Shown: one piece after another, positions 38,408 to 48,185 of the stretch | How positions within the stretch are numbered: the stretch's first letter is position 1 | Layout of the letters: each line of letters begins with the position of its first letter | From: Lachnospiraceae bacterium | GTDB taxonomy: Bacteria > Bacillota > Clostridia > Lachnospirales > Lachnospiraceae | Length of the DNA: 64,000 nt | NCBI GenBank assembly: GCA_024684675.1 | Contig: JAIKWO010000134.1 | Coordinates: forward strand, 920 to 64,919 | Direction: 5' to 3' | Position numbers and translations under genes: made by a program | Notes under the pieces: model-generated | What the model was told of the DNA's origin: nothing | What the model saw: only the letters and a program-made list of their open reading frames with translations | The model's database searches: none

Positions 38408-39404
38408 GACGATTACGGCGCTCATCGCGATCGTGCTTGGCATATGGATCGCGTACACGATCCATTTTACGCTTCTTCGAAAGGCGTCTTACAGCAGAAT
38501 GGAGAACTTTCTTCATAACGGCACGAATGAAGATGTTCTGTTTGTCGGCAACAGCACGATCATGGATGGCGTGATCCCGGCCGAATTATGGAATGCGCAT
38601 GGGATCTCATCCTATATTCTTTGTGCGGAGTATAACGATATGGATCGGGAGCCGATGATGCTTCGGATGGCACTCGACTATTGCAAGCCCAGACTGGTTG
38701 TTTTGAATGTCGACAACTATTGGGGCAAGAGTGAACCGGAGAATACGCTGGTCGGCTATCATGAATTCGTGGACGCTTTCCCGCTCTCCGAGACGAAGAT
38801 CCGTACCGTTTTCGAACTCTATCCGGACAATGAGTCGCGTGCACAGCTTCTTCTGCCGCTTTATATCTATCATGACAGATGGAAAGAGCTTGGCACAAAT
38901 GATTTCCGGAAACGTAATCAATCGAGGCTCTTTAAAGGATTTGAACTGACGCTGGAGCGTGAAGAGATCAATCCTGCCGCCCCCGTTTCGCCGGAGAACG
39001 GAACCCTTATGGATGGCGCATACGGGATTGAGTCCATCAAAACGATCGTCTCGCTTTGTCGCGAGAGGGGCATGGACGTCCTCCTTGTGACGGTACCGTA
39101 TGAGGCAAATGAGGAAGAAATGGTTCTGACAGCCGGCATTCATAAGCTCGCGGCTGAATTAGATGTTCCGTACATCAATTTCTTCGATCGAATGGAGCTT
39201 TTTGACACGACCACGGATTTTAAGGATATCAATCACGTGAACCTGTTCGGCGCTGAAAAGGTTACAGAGGTGCTGGGAGAATATATGAAAGCGCATTATG
39301 ATCTGCCGGATCACAGAAACGAAGAGGCATTTGCATCCTGGCATGAAGATTACGAGGACTATCGTGAATACAGAGAAGAAGCGCTGACTGATGACGAAGA
39401 TTAG
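38376..39404 (+). CDS. Membrane-anchored SGNH-fold (DltD/AlgJ-like) acyltransferase/esterase
   Basis: N-terminal TM, FVGNS (catalytic Ser) and FKDINHVN (DxxH). Confidence 0.65.
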   Translation: MIRNKKKIIIKTITALIAIVLGIWIAYTIHFTLLRKASYSRMENFLHNGTNEDVLFVGNSTIMDGVIPAELWNAHGISSYILCAEYNDMDREPMMLRMALDYCKPRLVVLNVDNYWGKSEPENTLVGYHEFVDAFPLSETKIRTVFELYPDNESRAQLLLPLYIYHDRWKELGTNDFRKRNQSRLFKGFELTLEREEINPAAPVSPENGTLMDGAYGIESIKTIVSLCRERGMDVLLVTVPYEANEEEMVLTAGIHKLAAELDVPYINFFDRMELFDTTTDFKDINHVNLFGAEKVTEVLGEYMKAHYDLPDHRNEEAFASWHEDYEDYREYREEALTDDED

Positions 39405-39412
39405 AATGATAT

Positions 39413-39450
39413 AAAAGCCCGTTGCCGCAATCTGCGGTAACGGGCTTTTT
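39413..39450. terminator. Bidirectional intrinsic terminator
   Basis: AAAAGCCCGTTGCCGCA / TGCGGTAACGGGCTTTT between convergent genes. Confidence 0.85.
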
Positions 39451-39451
39451 G

Positions 39452-40498
39452 CTATTCTGCTTCGGGATTGATGAACTTGGCGATACGCCTTGCGATAAGG
39501 TCTCGTCCTTCCGCGTTCGGATATTTCAATTCATCATCGAGATATTCTTTGTAGTTGTCGGCGTTGATGGTTCCGATATAGTTATCAACAAACGAGCAGC
39601 CAAGCTCTGCAACGGTATTCATATATGCGACCAGATAATCGGATAAAGTGCCGTATTGTGCAAGTTCGGTGCTTTCAACAAGTTCTGTCTCGCCTGAGGG
39701 AACAAGCTTGCCGTCTACTTCAATAAAATTGTAATACGGTGATACAACGATGATCCGGATCTGCGGATAGTTCGTCTGGATCAGCTGAATACCCTGCCGT
39801 AAGCATTCGACGCAGGAGTCGGTCAGACGCTCGTTGTCGTTCACATGGATACGCTGCAACAGGCGCTTGTCTTCATAGTCGTGATGGTCATAGAAGACAA
39901 CGAGCGTATCAATGGCGCTCATGTCGATGCTTTCTGCGGTGGCAATGACATCCCCAATGTGGTCATCGCCTCCGAAAACCTTGGAATAGTCACGAAGGAG
40001 CGTCAGATCATTGTTCGCGAGGCAGTTGGCCATCCAGTAGAAGCTGAAGACATCCGCGGGATGATCCTCTTCAAACGGGAAATTTTTCACGCTGATATAG
40101 GAGCGGTCTACGGAGAGATCATATACTTTTCCGCCGGAATACTTTTCTATAAGAGCCGTGATCCCATCGCTCTCCCCGCGCCACTTGGCAAGTACGTTGT
40201 TGCCCATCACGAGGATGGAGTTGACACCGTCGTCTTTTTGCTTGGCTTCCTGATCGGGTGAGAGTGCGCTGTAATAATCCATTGTCTCCGAGTCGAAGCC
40301 GGTATTGGTGGCATTCGGGTCATAGTCGGACTTGATACCTTTATTCCATGCACTCAACTTGATGATGCCGATGGTAACGATAATGATTACTGCGGCAAAA
40401 AACAGAATATGCGGAAGGAAGTGCAGGAAATTCTGCTTCTTTGTTTTCTTGCGCTTCTTGCGTTTTTTCTTTTGAGGAAGATCGTTCGGGTTTGTCAT
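39452..40498 (-). CDS. Membrane-anchored SGNH-like extracellular protein, probably lacking catalytic residues
   Basis: Poly-Lys N-terminus plus TM; ILVMGNN, YPQIRIIVVSP, FVDNY, YPNAEGR...IA follow the SGNH pattern. Confidence 0.55.
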   Translation of the reverse strand: MTNPNDLPQKKKRKKRKKTKKQNFLHFLPHILFFAAVIIIVTIGIIKLSAWNKGIKSDYDPNATNTGFDSETMDYYSALSPDQEAKQKDDGVNSILVMGNNVLAKWRGESDGITALIEKYSGGKVYDLSVDRSYISVKNFPFEEDHPADVFSFYWMANCLANNDLTLLRDYSKVFGGDDHIGDVIATAESIDMSAIDTLVVFYDHHDYEDKRLLQRIHVNDNERLTDSCVECLRQGIQLIQTNYPQIRIIVVSPYYNFIEVDGKLVPSGETELVESTELAQYGTLSDYLVAYMNTVAELGCSFVDNYIGTINADNYKEYLDDELKYPNAEGRDLIARRIAKFINPEAE

Positions 40499-40515
40499 GC
40501 TGTTCCTTTCATAAT

Positions 40516-42087
40516 TTAATCTTCATTTAACTTTACAACCATCACGTCGTCAATGCGGCGTATACTGCCTTCACGCGGATAGACAGGCATCTCTGTAAAG
40601 AGCGGATTCGTTTTCATTGCTGCCTCGTCTTCGGGGGTTACACCCTCCACATCTTCACCGAGACAGTTTTGGAAGAATGGAATATAAATGCGCGTGCCGG
40701 ATCCGATCCGAGCACCTTTCATGCCGGTCATGCAATCCAAAAGCGTATCCGTTCCCTCTGTCTTAAATGTCTTGCTGTAGCGACCTACAAAGCATAGCGG
40801 TAAATGCTTGTCGTAATCATCCGCCGCTTTGATGCGGTCACGCAGCTCCAGGCAGTGCGCATAGGTCTTCTCGTAGCGGAAATTCATGTTGAAATACGCA
40901 ATGTTGTCGAGAAGGATATAGTTCCATGTCGCCACGGTGAGTGCGATGATCACGCACCACTCCGTAAGAGCGAAAAAGGTTTTCTTTTCATTCGGCTCGC
41001 CCCGGAAGGTTTCCAGAAGGATGACCGGTGCGATAAACAGAATGCACCATGCGTGGCGCATCAGCATATGATACTGAACCGTCTCGGAGATGAGATAGAT
41101 CACATTCACGGAGAGCGGTATGCAAGCGGCGCAAAAGAGGAGCAACACAATGCGGAGAACGCTTGCGTAGGTTTTCTTTTTGCAAAAACGATATACGAAA
41201 AGAGCCAGGATCGTCAGGACCGTTAATGCAAAACCGGCCTGCATGAAGCGGTTATATGTCAAAACCTGTGACGGCTTTAAAAACTCGATAAAGTCTTCGA
41301 GAGCGAGCCTCATGCGCGCAATGAGCATCGTAGGGCCGGGAAGCGAACTTTCCGCGATGCCCTGGTAATCGCGAAGCGAGATGTCTTTGCAGCGAAGCGT
41401 AACTTCCATGCCGATCGCATAAGCGCCCATGCCGATCATAAGCATCAGAACATAACGGATGCCGATGCGGATCAGGGATCTGTCGTCAAAGCGCTCGGGC
41501 GAAAGGATCGCCGTGATGTACCAAAGGAGCATCAAAAGGAGCGTGAACGGCAGGTATGCCTGATAGATCGCAACGCTGAGCATCAGGAAGAATGAACCCC
41601 ACAGCCATGCAAACCGCCTGCCATCTGTCCGCGTGATAAAATATGCCGCCAGGCAGGAGAAGAACAGGCTCAGCATGAACGGATCTGCCGCAAATGTATA
41701 GGAATAGATGCAGGCAACCGCCGGGAAGACTGCGATCATGGAAGAAACGAGCAGAATGTGAAGCCCTTGCTTTAAGTCAAAAAGCGCTGTCACGGTCATG
41801 GCGGTAAGGCCGATGTAGAAAAGACCGAGCACACAGTTAACAACGGGCAGGCTGAAGTATGAGGAAATGCCCGCAAAGTATGTCTGCAGCCATCTGCCGA
41901 GCTCCGGCTTGTCGAATGTTACATATAAATAACGGATGTCATCGTTATTGTACATGGAGTTGGTGATGATGAACAGGTGGCACAAAAGCCCTGCGATAAA
42001 GGCACAGCAGAATGCAAACCGCTGTTGCTTTGTGATTTTCCGAAATAAGCTTCCCGCCAGCTCGGCAGGACCTTTTATGGAAGTCAT
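40516..42087 (-). CDS. GtrII-like (GT-C) membrane glucosyltransferase domain protein
   Basis: NNDD acidic loop, LGRW, YTF-x-AD, IYQAY, about 11 TMs, and the MP-x-YP-x-x-GSI-x-x-IDD-x-x-VVKL end. SD AAGGAG before ATG 42087. Confidence 0.75.
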   Translation of the reverse strand: MTSIKGPAELAGSLFRKITKQQRFAFCCAFIAGLLCHLFIITNSMYNNDDIRYLYVTFDKPELGRWLQTYFAGISSYFSLPVVNCVLGLFYIGLTAMTVTALFDLKQGLHILLVSSMIAVFPAVACIYSYTFAADPFMLSLFFSCLAAYFITRTDGRRFAWLWGSFFLMLSVAIYQAYLPFTLLLMLLWYITAILSPERFDDRSLIRIGIRYVLMLMIGMGAYAIGMEVTLRCKDISLRDYQGIAESSLPGPTMLIARMRLALEDFIEFLKPSQVLTYNRFMQAGFALTVLTILALFVYRFCKKKTYASVLRIVLLLFCAACIPLSVNVIYLISETVQYHMLMRHAWCILFIAPVILLETFRGEPNEKKTFFALTEWCVIIALTVATWNYILLDNIAYFNMNFRYEKTYAHCLELRDRIKAADDYDKHLPLCFVGRYSKTFKTEGTDTLLDCMTGMKGARIGSGTRIYIPFFQNCLGEDVEGVTPEDEAAMKTNPLFTEMPVYPREGSIRRIDDVMVVKLNED

Positions 42088-42182
42088 GGGTATCTCCTTT
42101 GTACAAAACCGATTATGGTGTTCATTATAGTACAAACGCATTCCGTTCGCAAATGGGTGCTCCGATGTGGTATACTGTTCCC

Positions 42183-42560
42183 ATGAGTGATCAGACGAAG
42201 ATGAAAAAAAAGATAACCCTGCGGGATATCCTGATCCTGCAGGGTGTTGTCATGATTTACAGCCTTTCCGGTGTGACGGCCAAGTTCGCTTCGGGAGAGG
42301 CGTTTCTCTCGCTGCGGTTTATTCTGTTCTATGCATTGGAGATTGTGATCCTGGGTGTCTATGCCGTTTTATGGCAGCAGGTGATCAAGCGTACGGAACT
42401 GTCGGTCGCATACGCAAACCGAGCGATGGCGCTGGTATGGTCGGTGATCTGGGCACTTGCGATCTTTCGGGATCAGGTGAACATCAATAATCTGATCGGG
42501 ATCATCCTGGTGATCATCGGAACCGTACTGATCAATTCGGAAACGGAGGATGCGCAATGA
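42183..42560 (+). CDS. Small EamA/SMR-type membrane protein (ArnE/F-like flippase subunit)
   Basis: Four TMs, YAVLWQQVIK, LSVAY. Confidence 0.75.
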   Translation: MSDQTKMKKKITLRDILILQGVVMIYSLSGVTAKFASGEAFLSLRFILFYALEIVILGVYAVLWQQVIKRTELSVAYANRAMALVWSVIWALAIFRDQVNINNLIGIILVIIGTVLINSETEDAQ

Positions 42561-42889
42561 ACCCTTATGTATTGTACGCTTCTTCTGTGGCGATCTCTTC
42601 CCTGTCCCAGATCCTTTTGAAAAAAAGTGCGCTCAAAAAGCATGATTCGCTTGTGCGCGAATATGTAAATCCCTACGTAATCATCGCCTACGGCATGTTT
42701 TTCGGCGCGGTACTCCTGGCGATTTACGCGCTTCGAAGCATGGAATATAAGAACGGACCTTTGATCGAGTCACTTGGTTTTATCCTGGTACTCTTCCTGT
42801 CCCGTATCTTCTTCGGAGAGAAGTTGACACGTCGGAAGATAGTCGGAACCCTGTGCGTTTTGGTTGGTATGGTTGTCTTCTACCTGTAA
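42557..42889 (+). CDS. Small EamA/SMR-type membrane protein (partner subunit)
   Basis: SQILLKKSA, EYVNP, FFGEK...KIVG; ATGA overlap with the previous gene. Confidence 0.75.
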   Translation: MNPYVLYASSVAISSLSQILLKKSALKKHDSLVREYVNPYVIIAYGMFFGAVLLAIYALRSMEYKNGPLIESLGFILVLFLSRIFFGEKLTRRKIVGTLCVLVGMVVFYL

Positions 42890-42962
42890 AAATGCTATAA
42901 TATTGCGACAATTGTGACAGACCAGGTTGGTTGACATAATACATTCACAAGGATTGGATCCT

Positions 42963-45900
42963 ATGAGTAGATATGATGATTTTGACTTCCTTGATGAGTT
43001 GGAAGGTAAGAAAAAACATAAAAGACCGGCTGAACGATCCGGCTCTACACATAAAAAACCGGCAGAGCGGTCGCTGAAAAAGCCGTCTGCATCCAAGGCG
43101 CCCGTGCGCCCTGCGCGCGATGTGCACTTCGCCGGTGCGGAGCGCCTGAATCGGAAGGTGCATACGGATGCGCCGGAAGAGCCGGTAAGAAAGCCACGCC
43201 CTGAAGAGCCGAGGCTTACGCAAAGAAGACCGCGCCCTGAAGAGCCGAAGGTTCGCACAGAGAATGCGCACCATACACCCAAAAAGAACCTGCGGGATGA
43301 GGTTGCCAAGCATGCGATCAAGAAGCCGGAAAGGGTGACAAGAGAGCAAAAGCGCGCCGACCGGAAAGAGGCGCGCGCAGTCAGAAAGCAGGAGAAGATC
43401 CGTGCTTCCGCAGACAGACGCGCAAAGAGGAAACGCCACTGCGGCATTCTGTCAGGTCTCCTTCATATGAGTGCCGGCGATCATATCGTCGTATCGACCG
43501 GTATCCTTGTTCTCGGTCTTGCGATAATCACCGGCAGTGTGTACATGGGTACCCGCGTGATGGAGCAGGAGATCGGCTCGTTTAAAGAGCTCGGAGGAGA
43601 GCTTACCGCACTCAGCCAGAACGGGGAGAGCGGCTTGATCGCCGTGACAGATGCGCGTGTGGCCGCCATGAATGCGGTTTTTGAGACGGAAGAAGAGGAA
43701 GACGAAGATGAGGAGCAGGAGATCGATAACTCCGCACCCAATGAGATCGTCCTCAATCTTACCAGTGTTGAGCGTGATTTGAAGATCAAGTTTATCAATA
43801 AGCGCGGCGGCAAACTGATATCCGGTATTTCTTTTGAAGCTTCCGTAAAGGATCCGGACGGTAAGGTGGCGACATATAAGGATGATGATAAGGACGGCAT
43901 CATCTATAAGAAAGAATTAAAGGCGGGTACGTACGAGGTTGCGATCGTAGAATCGAGCGATCTTTCCGACTATAAGTATTCGACGGCGTCGGTTTCCGTC
44001 AAAGTAAAAGACAAGATCGAGTATAAGAAGATTGATGTCAAGGATGAGATCAAGACCGAATCTGAGGTCAACGTCGCAAAAGAGGATACGGCGATCCAGG
44101 AGGCAGAGACGGCTCCTGCGCTGAAAGATACGGTGGAATGGGTCGAATCGACCAAGAAGGCGATCGGCTCTGACGATTCCGATGATTCGGGTGAGTATAA
44201 GAAGATCGATAAGGACGATATCCCGGATCCCACGCAAAAAGCGATGAGTATCGCAAGATTCCGTGCACTTGAGAAGGAAGAATCGGAAAGCAGCGAGTCG
44301 GAATCCAAGGAAAGTGAGTCTAAGGAATCCGAGTCTAAAGAATCCGAGTCCAAGGAATCCGAGTCAAAAGAAAGCGAATCCAAGGAGAGCGAATCCAAGG
44401 AATCGGAAAAGGAAAAAGAAAAAGAGAAAGAAAAAGAGAAAGAGCAGGAGAAAGAAAAAGAACAGGAGAAAGAAAAAGAACAGGAGAAAGAAAAGGAAAA
44501 GGCGAAGAAAGAGATCACCGGTGTATCGATCTCCTCTGCGCCGAGTTCTCTGGAAGTCGGCGGCTCTGTTACGTTAAAAGCAAAAGTGAGCGGCAAGAAC
44601 CTGGATGGTGACGAAGAAGTGAAATGGTCTGTAGATGATACTTCCGTTGCAACCATTGATTCTTCAGGAAAGTTGACAGCCAAGAAAACGGGCAGCGTGA
44701 AGGTAACGGCGACATCCTCGTCCGATTCTTCCGTAAAGGATTCCTGTACCGTGGAGATAAAGAGCGGCGTATCGTTGTCGCTTGATGCAACGAGCCTGTC
44801 TCTGAAGGTCGGCGAGAGCGCTTCGATCAAAGCAAGTGTATCACGCGGCTCTGTAGAGTGGTCTGTAGGCGATAAGTCGATCGCAACGGTGGAAGACGGC
44901 AAAGTAACAGCCAAAGCAAAAGGCGAGACGACCGTTACCGTGAAGGCAAAGGAAGACTCATCCGTTACGGCAACCTGCAAGATCACGGTTTCCGAAAAGG
45001 AAGGCGAGTTGACGGTAACACTTGATGCCGAGAAGTTGACCGTTCTGACGAATGAAACGAAAGAGCTGGTCGCAACGGTATCCAAGGAGTCCGGAAGCGT
45101 TTCCTATACATTTGAGACTGCGGATAAGAACATCGTGACGGTTTCCGCTGACGGAAAGAAAGCAACGTTAAAGGGCGTGAAAGCCGGCGAGACAACGGTG
45201 AGCGTGACTGCAAAGGACGATAAGGGCAGCGCGAGTGCATCCTGCAAGGTGACTGTTAAGCTGAATCCGCTTGATGATGATACCTCGCTCCTGAAAGACA
45301 AAGACGGCAATCAGGTTTACATCATCAATGACAAGGATAAGTATGTAAAGGCAACCTTTGCAGACTACTACAAATATAAAAAGTTCTACATCATGGTCAA
45401 GAACGTGGAATACAAGTACACGGGCTGGCAGACGATCGACAACAAGACGTACTTTTTTACAAAAGACGGAAAGCCTGTGACGGGCGAGCAGATCATTCAG
45501 GGTGCAAAGTACACGTTCGATTCCAAGGGCGTATTACAGGTCAACGCAACGAGCGGCCTCATGGGCATTGACGTATCCAAGTGGAATGGTACAATTGATT
45601 GGTCTCAAGTCAAGAATTCCGGCGTAAACTATGCGATCATCCGCTGTGGTTACCGCGGTTCTTCGACCGGCGCGCTGATCCAGGATCCGAAGTTCAAAGC
45701 GAACATCAAGGGTGCGCAGGCAGCGGGCATCAAAGTAGGCATTTACTTCTTCACGCAGGCGGTCAATGAGGTGGAGGCCGTCGAGGAAGCTTCTATGGTA
45801 TTAGACCTCATAAAGGGGTATAATATATCATATCCTGTCTTCGCGGATGTGGAGTCCAGCGGCGGCAGAGGGGACGGCATCAGTTCCGCGGAGAGAACGG

Positions 45901-46151
45901 GCGCGGTAAATGCGTTCTGTAAGACGATCCAGAGCGGCGGTTACAAGGCCGGCGTCTATGCGAATAAGACATGGTTCACGAGCAAGATGAATGCGCCGAG
46001 CTTGTCCGGTTACAAGATCTGGCTGGCACAGTATGCGGCGGCGCCTACTTATACGGCGACAAGGCACGATCTGTGGCAGTACACTTCCAAAGGAAAAGTA
46101 AGCGGCATCAGCGGCAACGTGGACATGAACATTTCGTATCTGGGATATTAA
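42963..46151 (+). CDS. Large membrane-anchored GH25 muramidase with ESKES/EK stalk, three Big_2 domains and cell-wall-binding repeats
   Basis: Basic N-terminal region, one TM, low-complexity stalk, three Big_2-like repeats (W-S...VA-T...G-x-x-TA-x-x-x-G), TGWQTID...YFF repeat, and GH25 GIDVSKW...IIRCGYRG...DVE...WLAQY...WQY. Confidence 0.9.
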   Translation: MSRYDDFDFLDELEGKKKHKRPAERSGSTHKKPAERSLKKPSASKAPVRPARDVHFAGAERLNRKVHTDAPEEPVRKPRPEEPRLTQRRPRPEEPKVRTENAHHTPKKNLRDEVAKHAIKKPERVTREQKRADRKEARAVRKQEKIRASADRRAKRKRHCGILSGLLHMSAGDHIVVSTGILVLGLAIITGSVYMGTRVMEQEIGSFKELGGELTALSQNGESGLIAVTDARVAAMNAVFETEEEEDEDEEQEIDNSAPNEIVLNLTSVERDLKIKFINKRGGKLISGISFEASVKDPDGKVATYKDDDKDGIIYKKELKAGTYEVAIVESSDLSDYKYSTASVSVKVKDKIEYKKIDVKDEIKTESEVNVAKEDTAIQEAETAPALKDTVEWVESTKKAIGSDDSDDSGEYKKIDKDDIPDPTQKAMSIARFRALEKEESESSESESKESESKESESKESESKESESKESESKESESKESEKEKEKEKEKEKEQEKEKEQEKEKEQEKEKEKAKKEITGVSISSAPSSLEVGGSVTLKAKVSGKNLDGDEEVKWSVDDTSVATIDSSGKLTAKKTGSVKVTATSSSDSSVKDSCTVEIKSGVSLSLDATSLSLKVGESASIKASVSRGSVEWSVGDKSIATVEDGKVTAKAKGETTVTVKAKEDSSVTATCKITVSEKEGELTVTLDAEKLTVLTNETKELVATVSKESGSVSYTFETADKNIVTVSADGKKATLKGVKAGETTVSVTAKDDKGSASASCKVTVKLNPLDDDTSLLKDKDGNQVYIINDKDKYVKATFADYYKYKKFYIMVKNVEYKYTGWQTIDNKTYFFTKDGKPVTGEQIIQGAKYTFDSKGVLQVNATSGLMGIDVSKWNGTIDWSQVKNSGVNYAIIRCGYRGSSTGALIQDPKFKANIKGAQAAGIKVGIYFFTQAVNEVEAVEEASMVLDLIKGYNISYPVFADVESSGGRGDGISSAERTGAVNAFCKTIQSGGYKAGVYANKTWFTSKMNAPSLSGYKIWLAQYAAAPTYTATRHDLWQYTSKGKVSGISGNVDMNISYLGY
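44301..44500 (+). repeat. Coding tandem repeats: 7 x 15 bp (ESKES) followed by EK/EQEKEK repeats
   Basis: Seven ESK-ES units at 44301-44405 with varied synonymous codons, then a purine-rich GAA/AAA tract. Confidence 0.9.
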
Positions 46152-46172
46152 TAAAGAGAGGACACTTCAAGC

Positions 46173-47255
46173 ATGAGAACTTATCTGGTAACAGGCGGTG
46201 CCGGCTTTATCGGCTCCAATTACATTCATTACATGTTTAAAAAATATGACAATGAGATTCGTATCATCAACGTGGATGCGCTGACATACGCAGGTAACCT
46301 TGAAAACCTAAAAGACGTGGAGAACAGATCAAATTATACATTTGTCAAAGCAGATATCTGTGACAAGGAAGCGATCACAAAGATCTTTGCCGAGAACGAT
46401 ATCGACCGCGTTGTACACTTCGCGGCAGAAAGCCACGTAGACAGAAGTATCAAGACGCCGGAGGTATTCGTTCAAACGAACGTGCTCGGCACAGCGGTTA
46501 TGCTGAACGCGGCAAAAGCGGCCTGGGAGAATCCGGACGGCACGTTTAAGGAAGGCAAGAAATTCCTTCACGTATCGACCGATGAGGTGTACGGTTCCCT
46601 CGAGAATGAGGGCGAGTATTTCTATGAGACAACGCCCTATGCGCCGCACAGTCCGTACTCGGCGAGCAAGGCTTCTTCCGATATGCTTGTAAAGGCATAT
46701 ATGGATACCTACAAGTTTCCGGCGAATATCACGAACTGCTCCAACAACTATGGACCGTACCAGTTTCCTGAGAAGCTGATCCCACTGATCATTAACAACG
46801 CGCTGCACGGCAAGAAGCTTCCGGTATACGGAGATGGCAAGAATGTGCGTGACTGGCTCTATGTTGAAGACCATGCGAAAGCGATCGACATGGTTCAGGA
46901 AAAGGGCAGACTTTTTGAGACATACAACGTTGGGGGTCACAACGAAAAGCAGAATATCGAGATTGTCAATATCATCCTCGAGACGCTGCAGGAGATGCTT
47001 CCGGATTCCGATCCGAGGAAGAAACTTGTCTCCAAAGACCTGATCACCTATGTAACCGACAGAAAGGGGCACGACAGAAGATATGCGATCGCCCCGGATA
47101 AGATCAAAGCCGAGATCGGCTGGGAACCGGAGACCATGTTTAAGGAAGGCATTAAGCTGACCATCAAGTGGTTCTTCGAACACGAGGACTGGATGGAACA
47201 TGTTACAAGCGGTGACTATCAGAAGTACTACACCGATATGTATACAAATCGATAA
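46173..47255 (+). CDS. rmlB: dTDP-glucose 4,6-dehydratase
   Basis: TGGAGFIG, DALTYAGN, FAAESHVDRS, STDEVYG, PYSASK, NNYGPYQFPEKLIP, GHDRRY. Confidence 0.96.
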   Translation: MRTYLVTGGAGFIGSNYIHYMFKKYDNEIRIINVDALTYAGNLENLKDVENRSNYTFVKADICDKEAITKIFAENDIDRVVHFAAESHVDRSIKTPEVFVQTNVLGTAVMLNAAKAAWENPDGTFKEGKKFLHVSTDEVYGSLENEGEYFYETTPYAPHSPYSASKASSDMLVKAYMDTYKFPANITNCSNNYGPYQFPEKLIPLIINNALHGKKLPVYGDGKNVRDWLYVEDHAKAIDMVQEKGRLFETYNVGGHNEKQNIEIVNIILETLQEMLPDSDPRKKLVSKDLITYVTDRKGHDRRYAIAPDKIKAEIGWEPETMFKEGIKLTIKWFFEHEDWMEHVTSGDYQKYYTDMYTNR

Positions 47256-47262
47256 CATTCCC

Positions 47263-47291
47263 AAAGAGTTTGCGCAGGCCGCAAACTCTTT
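47263..47291 (+). terminator. Stem-loop between rmlB and rmlA
   Basis: AAAGAGTTTGCG / CGCAAACTCTTT perfect 12-bp stem. Confidence 0.6.
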
Positions 47292-47315
47292 CGTGCGTTT
47301 TAAAAAGGAGGCAAA

Positions 47316-48185
47316 ATGAAAGGAATTATTCTTGCCGGAGGCTCCGGTACCCGTTTATATCCTCTTACGAAAGCAATATCCAAACAGATCATGCCGGTTT
47401 ACGATAAGCCCATGATCTATTATCCGCTGTCTACGCTGATGCTGGCGGGAATTCGCGACATTCTGATCATTTCCACACCCCGTGACATTAAGGTGTTTGA
47501 AGAATTGTTCGGCAGCGGCGAGCAGCTCGGACTGCATATCGAATATGCGGTGCAGGAGTATCCCCGCGGACTTGCGGATGCTTTTATCATCGGTGCTGAC
47601 TTTATCGGCAACGACGGCGCTGCGCTTGTGCTTGGCGACAATATTTTCTACGGTCAGAGCTTCACGAGAATTCTGGCCAGAGCGGCTGCAAGAGAAAAAG
47701 GTGCAACCATTTTCGGTTACTATGTCCGTGATCCCAGAGAATACGGTGTTGTTGAGTTTGACGAGACCGGTAAAGCGATCTCCATTGAAGAAAAGCCGGA
47801 GCACCCCAAGAGCAACTATGCGGTTCCGGGGCTCTATTTTTACGACAACGATGTTGTTGAGATCGCAAAGAACGTAAAGCCTTCCGCGCGCGGCGAGATT
47901 GAGATCACGAGCATCAACAACGAGTATTTAAGACGCGGCACGCTGCAGGTTGAGACGCTTGGCCGTGGCTTTGCATGGCTTGATACAGGCAACCATGATG
48001 CGCTTCTTGATGCGGCCGATTACGTGGCGGCAGTGCAGAAGCGCCAGGGGCTTTACATTTCCTGTATCGAAGAGATTGCGTTCAAGAAGGGCTTTATCAC
48101 AAAAGAACAGCTTCTGCTGCTTGCGGAGCCCCTTCTGAAGACGAATTACGGCAAATATCTGGTAGAGGTTGCAAATGGACTCTAA
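47316..48185 (+). CDS. rmlA: Glucose-1-phosphate thymidylyltransferase
   Basis: [41 protein letters not shown]. Confidence 0.96.
   Translation: MKGIILAGGSGTRLYPLTKAISKQIMPVYDKPMIYYPLSTLMLAGIRDILIISTPRDIKVFEELFGSGEQLGLHIEYAVQEYPRGLADAFIIGADFIGNDGAALVLGDNIFYGQSFTRILARAAAREKGATIFGYYVRDPREYGVVEFDETGKAISIEEKPEHPKSNYAVPGLYFYDNDVVEIAKNVKPSARGEIEITSINNEYLRRGTLQVETLGRGFAWLDTGNHDALLDAADYVAAVQKRQGLYISCIEEIAFKKGFITKEQLLLLAEPLLKTNYGKYLVEVANGL

Noticed and set aside
43873..43899. YKDDDKDG resembling a FLAG tag
   Set aside because: A natural DxDxDG loop, also present as YKDLDADG in the paralog; not an engineered sequence.
44301..44405. Regular short repeats considered as a CRISPR array or VNTR
   Set aside because: In-frame 15-bp coding units with no spacers and no cas genes.
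43970..45085. 371-aa antisense ORF with FSFSCS and DSLSL repeats
   Set aside because: Mirror of the low-complexity stalk and Big_2 region of the GH25 gene; no independent motifs.
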